A stretch of 64,000 nucleotides of DNA from positions 13,206,001 through 13,270,000 of the forward strand of contig NC_135904.1 in NCBI RefSeq assembly GCF_964194155.1. Reading direction: 5' to 3'. Each line of letters begins with the position of its first letter. Within the stretch, counting starts at the first letter, position 1. Below are positions 55,072 to 64,000 of this stretch, piece by piece. Under the pieces are notes generated by a model, which was given only the letters and a program-made list of their open reading frames with translations, ran no database searches and was not told the DNA's origin. Made by a program: the position numbers and the translations under genes. The DNA is from Cetorhinus maximus (lineage: Eukaryota).

Positions 55072-56269
55072 CTGTTAAAGACAAAGGAAAGTAAAGGATT
55101 TATTACTTGCACTGCAACAAGTGTTAGAATCAGTTGGGTCTAATGAACCAGCAGTAGAGGAGTAATAAATAGAACGTGATCCTGATCTTAGCTCCATAGC
55201 AACCATCCAGTCCAAAAAATCACAAGGCTGCAAAGAGTGGAATAAAAATCAATTTCTCCTATAGAGGGGGACTTTGGGCAGAAGGTTAGTGACCAGTTGA
55301 TAGCACTCTCACCTCAGAAGCAGAAGGTAATTCTGGAGATTTGAGCACATAATCTAGTCTAACACTTCAATGCAGTACCGAGGGAGTGCAGCACCATTAG
55401 AAGTGCCACCTTCCAGGTTAAATTTTGGAATCCTGTCTGCCCTCTTCATTGAAAGTAAAAGATCCAAAGAAGAGCAGGGGAGTTGTCCCAATGACCTGGC
55501 CAATATTTATCCTTCTACCAACATCTCTAAAACATTGATTATTCAACTTATTGCAGTTTGTGGAAGTTTGCTGTGTGCAAATTGGCTGCCATGGGTAGCC
55601 ATGCTACAACAGTGCCTATGCTTCAAATATATTTACTGGTTATAAAGAGCTTTGGGATTTCCTGAGGAAATGGGAGGTGCTGTATAAGTGCAAGCTCTTA
55701 AATCTGTTTTGATAGTGCACATTCCACTGTAATGTTCTCCATAGCACAAGGAGGTTTCTTTGACCTTGCAATATAGTAAAGGAAGTGTGATTTTTATTTC
55801 CTCTTTCTCCATAGCAGTATTTTACTTTCAACAGATTTTTTTTCCTCCCGTTCCATCCTCCAGACAATGTGGTGTCAATCTATTTTACTGTAGAGGACAT
55901 CACAGCCCAAGCCCAATTTTGTCTTAAAGAAAACCACTTTTTAAAAATTCATTCTCAGGGTGTGGGTGTTGCTGGCAAGGCTGGAATTGCCCATTCATAG
56001 TTGCGCTTGAGAAAGTGATAGACTGGAGTGGTTTAAGGTGGCAGCTCACTGTGTGATGAAGCTGCTCCCACAAAGTGACTCAGAGGGGAACTTGGAGATG
56101 ATGGTGTGTGCCCATGTCCTAGGTGGGAAAGGTTACATGCTGACAGTTTGCCAGGTTTCTTCAACAACGCTCCATGTAGGCTGAACATGGTGAGCCAGGT
56201 GAGAAAGTGAACTTGAGGACCCTATTCTTTGCAGAAGAACATGTACACGCATTGCACCTGTTTCAGCTA

Positions 56270-56560
56270 AACAAAAGTGACAGCCATTCGCTGACTCATT
56301 CCTCAGGGCAATGCCTTGACCAATAGGGTCAAGCTGCCTGATTTAAATTTCAAACAATACTTGGGACTTAACTATTCGTCACCATCACTGGTGCAATCTC
56401 CATGCCAACACCTCTACCAATCAGAGTCCACTTGCCAACCAATCAGCACTCTCTTCTCATACAGTATAAATTGTTGTTTTCCCCTTATATTGGTATTCTT
56501 GCAGTGTCCTGATGAGTGCAAGACAAAAAGCTTCCATGTTTCCTTTTTAAGCAATACTCA
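56270..56560 (+). mobile_element. Short repeat with CCAAT/TATA boxes and a degenerate hammerhead motif (Penelope pseudo-LTR-like)
   Basis: Three CCAAT boxes, tataaat at 56465, then gtgtc-CTGATGA-gtgcaagac-AAAA-agcttc. Confidence 0.5.
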
Positions 56561-57267
56561 AGAACGTGACGTAGATCAGCCACGATCTAATTTAATGGTA
56601 CCCTCCAATTCCTATTTCATGTGTAACAATCCAATCACTGCCACAGCAGCGAGTTAGCTAATTCAACACAGACCCAAGAACTGTTTTTGGGACATTGTGA
56701 TGTATATGGCTCAGGACTACTTCCTTTTGGGGCACCTACCCACAAATATTAGGGGAAGCTTTCAATGTTATGAAACTGAAGGAGTGCGTTGTGTGTAGTT
56801 TTGAGACTTAGAGGTAAAATCAGCAACCCATTTTGCACACTGCAATATTCTTTGTCATGCATATTTTCCATGATAAAGGATATCAAACATGGGTGTAAAA
56901 TGGTTCTCAATTCGATTCGCAATTGCTTGTTTTGTGCTACTAGGCTTGGTCGTAGCATTCCCACTTCAGAATCAGATGGTGCAGGGAGTGAATCCCACTC
57001 CGGTCAGTTCTAGTAAATGGAGGCCGGAGCTCCAGTTCTGAATTCTGACATCCAGGGGGATACTTGTGTCCGGTTACTGTGGGTGAGTCTCTCCATCCCC
57101 TTACAGGACTGATACCCCTCCCCATCAGCTGGTATAGGGCGTTATGGTCATGGAAGGAGTGTTCTTGTCGCAGCCTATCAGACTGTTAATCCACGTGCAA
57201 ATCCTTCCATCACCACACTGTTCTCCAAGGAGTGAATATGATAACAGTTTAACTTTGAGCTACTTAC

Positions 57268-57389
57268 GCCCCACTCTCCACTTGCACTGAATTGCATCTC
57301 TCAGGGAAGTTACAATCTGACAGCTTAGGGCAGTTACTGGTTACTGATAACCGCCTGCCAGAAAAGTTCCTTTGCTCGTATAGGGTCAC
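57268..57389 (-). CDS. crybgx: crybgx-like exon (Greek key 1)
   Basis: VTLYEQRNFSGRRLSVTSNCPKLSDCNFPERCNSVQVESG(A); phases 0 and 2. Confidence 0.88.
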
Positions 57390-57480
57390 CTGAGATAGAT
57401 CATAAAGATTGGAACATCAGTAATCGCGCACAATCTTCAGCAAATATCGATGCTATTAAGAATTGCCTAGTTTTACTTAC

Positions 57481-57529
57481 GCAGCCACCAGACCCATAGA
57501 AAGCACGTTGGAGTACGGACCCCAGTTTG
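57481..57529 (-). CDS. crybgx: crybgx-like 49-nt exon encoding the N-terminal arm
   Basis: KLGSVLQRAFYGSGGC between acceptor ttttctctgcgcag and donor gtaagt; resembles the recalled teleost Crybgx N-terminal arm. Confidence 0.8.
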
Positions 57530-57876
57530 CTGCGCAGAGAAAACAGTGAAGGTCATTAAAATCTTGACCAGAGTTCGTGTTTACCAAACAATAGTTGGAC
57601 ATTGTTGGCTTAAAGAGATATATCAGATAATACATTGTGCATTACATGTTACAATACAGCATATATCATTTAATTTACACGGGCAACTATTCTGCTAGTA
57701 ATATATTAATACCATTACATCAGAGTTACACCTCAGTCTTGCTACAGGAGTAAAGAAATCTTCAAATGCAATGTGCTCATCAGTTGCAAGCTGAAACTGA
57801 CAAGCACATTGCAATCAGTGATGTTTCCTAATTAGACAACAGGCTCACATGGCCTCAGGTTGCGTTTACAGTACTT

Positions 57877-58432
57877 TTTATTCATTCGTGGGATATGGGG
57901 TGTTGCTGGCTAGGCTAGCATTTACTACCCATTCTTGTTGGGGATGGTCATTGCCTGGCACTTGTGTGGCGCAAATGTTACTTGCCACTTTTCAGCCCAA
58001 GCCTGGATATTGTCCAGATCTTGCTCCATTTGGACACGGACTGCTTCAGTACCTGAGGAGTCATGAATGGTGCAATCATCAGCGAACATCCTCAGTTCTG
58101 ACCTTATTGATGGAAGGAAGGTCATTGATGAAGCAGCTGAAGATGGTTGACCTCCAACAACCACAACCATCTTCCTTTGTGTTCGATAAAAGCAAAATAC
58201 TGCAGATGCTGGAAATCTAGAACAAAAACAAAAATACCTGGAAAAACTCAGCAGTTCTGACAACATCTGTGGCGAGGGATACAGTTAATGTTTCGAGTCC
58301 GAATGACTCTTGTGTTAGGTCTGACTCTAACCAGTAGAGAGTTTTCCCTGATTCCCATTGTCTCCAGTTTTGCTAGGGCTCCTTGATGCCACACTTGGTC
58401 AAGTGCCACCTTGATGTCAAGGGCAGTCACTC
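57877..58432 (-). mobile_element. Internally deleted copy of the 43302-46250 LINE family with a nested Penelope-derived fragment (58186-58311)
   Basis: TALDIKVALDQVWHQGALAKL, MFADDCT, QAWAEKWQVTFAPHKCQAMTI. Confidence 0.8.
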
Positions 58433-59937
58433 ACTGTGACTTCGAACTTAGCAACAGGAAAATACATTATGAATCAAATGGTACAATACTCCCGTCATTA
58501 TAAAACAGTGTATCATCAACCTACCACAAACAAGGCCACAAGAAGTTGACAAGTTGACATGAATGCAAGTGGGAATGAAAACCATTAACTATGAAGCTCA
58601 AATGCAAATAAAAATGGCAGTCATTAATGATTACCAAAGGTGCTTGATATTCTCTGCTAAGCTGAGGACTGAATATTGAAAATAGAATGTATAATAAAAG
58701 CAGAAAAAGTACAAGAAAATATTTATTTACCCCTACAATATCAATTTTGCATTTAAAATTTCAGGAACATTATTTTGTCTTAGACTGTGCACATAAATAT
58801 TGGCACCTCTGAAGACTTATGCAGCTTCCCAAACCCGTCACAGTTAACTGAAGCCTCAAACCACGAGGTCACAGTTCCCAATATACATCAAACCTCTAAA
58901 AATGTATTTTCAATAGAAAAACTGGCCATTCACAAAACCTTCCAGGACTTAGTGATTATAAGCTGTGTCCATCCTCCACTTTGTATTGATAAAAAAAATG
59001 GTAAGAATGAAAAATCCTTAGGAGACAATTAGAAGCAGTTAGGATATTTTGAATTTTTGTATAAAATATGTCCTCGCAGGTGAGCGTAAATATCCCATGG
59101 CACTAATTCAAAGAAGAGCAGGGAAGTGTTGAATTATCAGGAGCCTGGTGTTTTGACCAGTGTTTATCCCTCAGCAAACACATTCCCATGAACGAATATG
59201 AATAAATACAATTGGATATGTCCTCTCCAAAGTCACATGTCAAAGGTCTGCACACACCCTGAGGCCTGAAATCAGCCTGAGAGCCTCGAAACAAAAAGCG
59301 ACCATAGTAGTGTCACTCTAAACCTGCTTTATGTGACCAGTGCACACTTCAAGACTCCCTAATGTCACATCAAACTCCTGTGTACAAGGAGCAGAATTCC
59401 TGAACTAGTGTAGAACGTCGAGGTCTGACTAGAGCAACACTGATTAAAAACGATCTCTCAGTAGACCGGTCACCCTCATTTCTGTGATGTTGTGAAGAAT
59501 GAACCCTTTCACGGAGTTAATTACCCCAACCAATCCATTAATGCAACTTTGGATTTTAGAAAGTCTGAGTACAAGATCATAAACTTTGTTTTACTCCATG
59601 ATAAGTAGGACTGAATGTGTTGAAAGTTCACATCTAATAACATAAAAAAAAACACTTGTCTTAGGAGAAATTGGTGCCTTGATCTTCCAAATGGAAATGT
59701 GAGCATGGCAAAGGAGAACCATTTCTCCCCACACATAATCCTACCTGATTTGTTCTGCTGTTCAGGGGCCTGAAGTGAAGATACTGACTCTGGCCCTATG
59801 GCCCAGGCAAGGGACAGATTAAATACACAGCCTCATCAATGGGTGGGTGCTATGGACGAGTGTAGATTGTTCTTGCGACTATCCTGAACCTATTGAAAGG
59901 TTAAAACCCCAATCAAAGCTAAAGATCATTACAACAG

Positions 59938-60520
59938 TCATTTCCCTCCGACTAGGCACTTTACAGCCTTCCAGACTGAATATTGAGTTCAACGATTTTA
60001 GATCATGAACTCTCTCCTCCATCCCCACCCCCTTTCCGATCCCCCCCTTTTTTTTCCAATCATTTATATAGATTTTTCTTTTCCCACCTATTTCCATTAT
60101 TTTTAAATGTATTTCCATCCATTGTTTTATCTCTACCTTTTAGCCTATTTCGATCCCTTCCCTTCACCCCACCCTACCCCCACTAGGGCTATCTGTACCT
60201 TGCTTGTCCTGCTTTCTACCCTTAATTAGCACATTCCTTAGATAATATCACCACCTTCAACACCTCTTTGTCCTTTTGTCTCTGACATCTTTTGGCTATC
60301 TCCACCTATCACTGGCCCTCTATCCAGCTCTAACCCCACCGCCTTAAACCTGCTTATATTTCACGTCTTTTCTATTTTTACTTAGTTCTGTTGAAGAGTC
60401 ATATGGGCTCGAAACGTTAACTGTGTTCCTCTCCGCAGATGCTGCCAGACCTGCTGAGTTTTTCCAGGTATTTTTATTTTTGTTTTGGATTTCCAGCATC
60501 CGCAGTTTCTTGCTTTTATT
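59938..60520 (+). mobile_element. Penelope-like element terminal region
   Basis: ccgactaggcactttacagccttcc...gttcaac through tttccagcatccgcag; homologous to 28200-28830. Confidence 0.82.
60384..60422 (+). ncRNA. Minimal type I hammerhead ribozyme-like motif
   Basis: Stem I AGTT/AACT, core CTG(T)TGA, stem II GAGTC-atatg-GGCTC, GAAA, palindromic AACGTT; one core substitution. Confidence 0.6.
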
Positions 60521-62599
60521 TCCCTCCATCTGATTGGTGAGAGAGTGCAATAATACCTTGTAGTTTAACAATGAGGTTTCCAGCTTTGCTGCAAGAAGAG
60601 CTTTTCTTTCTATAAAGTGGAAAATCATTTTTCAGAAGAACCAAAAGTCGTAATAATTAAATTTCCAAATTGTTGAAATATATAAATCCCATTTAGTCTA
60701 GGGTCATGCACAACTAAAATTACTTTGTCAGTGATTGTCACTGTAGCAGCAGTTTGCAGTCTGCTCCCCACATTGCTGGTGTATTTCTGAAGCTCATTGT
60801 CCTGCACTGCCTCACCAGGTATTCGCTTATGTTCAGAACTATTGCAATGAAATGCTAAAGGGCTTGTCCCTTCTCATTGTAAGGTAACGTCATCAAAAAA
60901 ACAGATGAGTTGCTGGTTCAAATACAGCAAAAATGTTTGCTTACCTCAGGAAACTCACTCTAAACAAAGAGATGTGTGTGGATAAGCTAAATTCAGTAAT
61001 GCATCATTGAGTTCCAAAGGGAATTTTCTCTCTGTACAAAGGCAATGAATGATGTGCTGGATTGTTCTTCAAAGTGTTGCTAGATTTGGGGCTGTGGGGT
61101 ATTTTGAATTTGTTGGATTTATTCTCTGAACGCTGTCTGCTGCTTGTAGTTCGTGTTCTCTTCCCACTCTAGATAAATGAAGAAGGGTTTACAGGTAAGA
61201 TAACGTCTGGAGCAGTTTGATCATTCAGGAGATAAATTGTCCTTGAAGGTTCATTTGCCAAACCTGATTAATTTTGGTTGTGCATTTGACATATATAACC
61301 ATGGAAATCCAGTATTACCACAAAACCGAGGAGACAGGGATAGAGAAGGTTTATCTAAAACTGTAATAAACAATATTTTAATCATCTGTTCTGATAGATC
61401 AGCAGATAATGCAGCAGAAACACAATCTGATAAATGTTTGAAATGTAAGGGAACTTAAAACTTAAAGTGAAGTAGGAAACATTTTGTGTTGTGAATTTCT
61501 GTATTTAAAATCAGGGTGGATCAATATTTCACCATCTGTTTTCCTATTTTTTTTCTGTCAAATTGAAGCTGTTGTTTGAACTTAAATTTTTAACATTTTT
61601 TTGTGTGGAGAAATGTCAAAATGTCAAAGAAATGTCAAAAAGTACTACTTATACCATATTATACCAATCTGGAAATCACCCTTTCATTCCGTGAGCCGTT
61701 TAACTGTCTGGTGTAAATCAGCAATCACCCAGAAATTCTTCACACAAGAAAAATGGAGCAAAAGGTCTGGATCAGTTATGAGATTGTTGGATGTTGTCAT
61801 CAGGAACTACACTGGCTTTCTGGGTGGGATAGGATGAGGCCAAATCCTTGAAATTCATTTAATTGATACGTGTAATTACCTGATGGGGAGTGCACCTTTT
61901 AATAAAACAAATTGACTGTTTATAGAGAGAGAGAGAGAGAGAGACAGATATACACATGTTTTGATACCTGTTACATTTGTTGAAAGTTGTGATGGTTAAT
62001 AACTAGTTAATAACTAGTGCTGGGTTCTCTTTGCATCAAATTTACGGGAAAAACAGACCATTTGGACCAACTGGTGTTTGCTGGTGTATATGCTCCACCA
62101 AAGACTCCTTCCCCTACCATCCCCACCCCACGCCACCCCACTCCACCCAACTCCCATCCTTTCATCTAATCCCATCAACAAAACCTTCTATTTGTTTATT
62201 TTGCATATGTTTATCCAGCTTCCCCTTAAGCTATTGCCTCAACCATTCCTTGTGGTAGCAAGTTCCACATTCCCACCACTCTGGATAAATAAGATTTTCC
62301 TAAATTCCCTATTGGATTTATTAGCGACTATCTTATATTTACAGCCCTTAGTTTAGTCTCCCCTACAAGCGGAAACATCTTCTCTACAACTCCCCAATCA
62401 AGCCCATTCAAAATTTTAAGGAGCTCTATGAGGTTACCCCTCAGCCTTCTCTTTTCTAAAGAGATGAGCCCCGGTTTGTTCAATCTGACTATTTTTTCTT
62501 TTGAATTCCTATCAGTTTGTATGATCCTCCTGTTCTGTATGCCAACAGGCTGTTGTCTTGATGCAGGTGGGAGATTGCTAGATCAATACCAACTGAAGG

Positions 62600-62729
62600 A
62601 TGATGCGGCCTCCGATTCTACACATTGTGTCTCGGGCCTTTCTGCTGTTGCTGTCCCTGGGTCTGTCTCAAGGATTCGATTGGACGAAAGACCATAGTGG
62701 ATCCTTCTATTATGGGACGTTCCCTCCTG
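62600..62729 (+). CDS. LCTL: Lactase-like protein (gamma-Klotho/KLPH, GH1 family), first coding exon
   Basis: Signal peptide MMRPPILHIVSRAFLLLLSLGLSQG followed by FDWTKDHSGSFYYGTFPP(G); SFYYGTFPxG matches recalled LCTL; phase-1 donor gtaagg. Confidence 0.87.
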
Positions 62730-64000
62730 GTAAGGGGAACATCCAAGAAATTGTGTGTTGTGTATTTATTTACTATTGTAGCAAGTGCTAAAAATACTTT
62801 TAAGATGCCCAGTTGTAAGGTGCCACACAGTTATGACATGTCCACATTCCAGAATGTCCAGCACCTGTCAATGACCTATCATTTTATGATGCCTTCAAGG
62901 ATAAATATTTCACAAGAGAACACTACTCTTTTGATTTTAAATATTTTCAGAATAAACAGCTCTTTTGATACTTTTTGCGTATCTAAGGAAATTGGAACCT
63001 TTACCATCTTAAAGCTGATCACCTGCATTGCAGGAGCTGGATTTTGAACATTATATTGTGTTGTGACTTCCAGGTATTGAAAGTCTGGTGAATCCTGCAA
63101 TAAGCGTCCTGTAACTCTTAGGATCAGAATGGTATTAACTGAGGCACAGATTTTTAAAAAAGCTTTTTAAATGACACAAGTTTTCAAAATCTTGATTCTC
63201 TAAACTCATCTTTACAAATTATTAAGAGATATTAGGAACAATAAAAGACACTGGTCCATCTAACTCACCTTCCACCATCCTGGCAGCCACATGATACAAC
63301 AGTGGAGTTATTGACTAATCAGGGTAATTAATCTCTAACAATGAGTGTACAACAGACTCAGACATGAAGCAAAGAAAACCCCCAGTGATAGGGAGTTTTG
63401 GGGGCTATAGGTCCAAAGTCACCTGTTCCTCACAACCACACTCCACTCATCACACGTCATGTCTGAAATTACTCATAAATTAAATCTCAAAATGTTCCTT
63501 TCTAAAAGAAATCTATCTAATTTGCTTTTGAATGAATCAATGCTATCTGCTTTTACCATCTCCCTTAGGACCCTGTTCCATAGATTGGCCACTCACTCAC
63601 TACAGATTTGTTCCTTTCCTGTGAGAAAATTCCCAGTTGCGTGATCATTTCCTCCATCATTGCACTTACTCTCTCTCTATCCTCTTAATAATTGCAGTAT
63701 TGCTCTAGTGCTACAGTGACCAGAACTGTCCACAGCGTTCGAATGTAGAATCTGTTATCTTAGCTAGATGTAGAAGTTGAGACATTCACAACATTTATGA
63801 AGAATTTTTAGATAAACACCTAAATAAGCAAATACTAAAAATTACAAGGGATAGAGCAAGGAATGGGATGTGGAGCAGGATAGGAGGTGTAGAGAAAGAG
63901 AAGAGGTGGTGAAGGAATAAAGAGGGAGAGGGGGTAGAATAGGAAAGAGGTGTAACACTGGTACAAGTACTGAATGGTCCCCATCTGTGACAACAAACGC

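Noticed and set aside
57481-57602. ATG-initiated MSNYCLVNTNSG... as crybgx exon 1
   Set aside because: Ends in phase 2 while the next exon starts in phase 0; the internal acceptor at 57530 gives the homologous frame.

Overview
Vertebrate genomic DNA, most likely a cartilaginous fish (shark); this is inferred from the repeat content (Deu-domain SINEs, CR1-type LINEs, Penelope-like elements) and the gene set. Five protein-coding genes were reconstructed by manual translation and GT-AG phase checks: single-coding-exon ANKRD34C (+), an RDH11/12/13-like short-chain dehydrogenase (-, six coding exons found, first not located), SNAPC5 (+, three coding exons), a beta-gamma crystallin X-like gene (-, five exons found, first not located) and the first coding exon of LCTL (+). 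The rest is intron or intergenic DNA dense in retroelements, with two assembly gaps at 41038-41180 and 41252-41451. Most notable: minimal hammerhead-ribozyme motifs in Penelope-like elements, a LINE with a tRNA-like Pol III head plus its SINE-like deletion derivatives, a head-to-head pair of lens genes (crybgx/LCTL), a purine-skew switch across the gaps suggesting a hidden bidirectional promoter, and a near-consensus RE1 site upstream of the ANKRD34C coding exon. I see no convincing wholly new biological system. Gene names come from recalled homolog sequences, not database searches.
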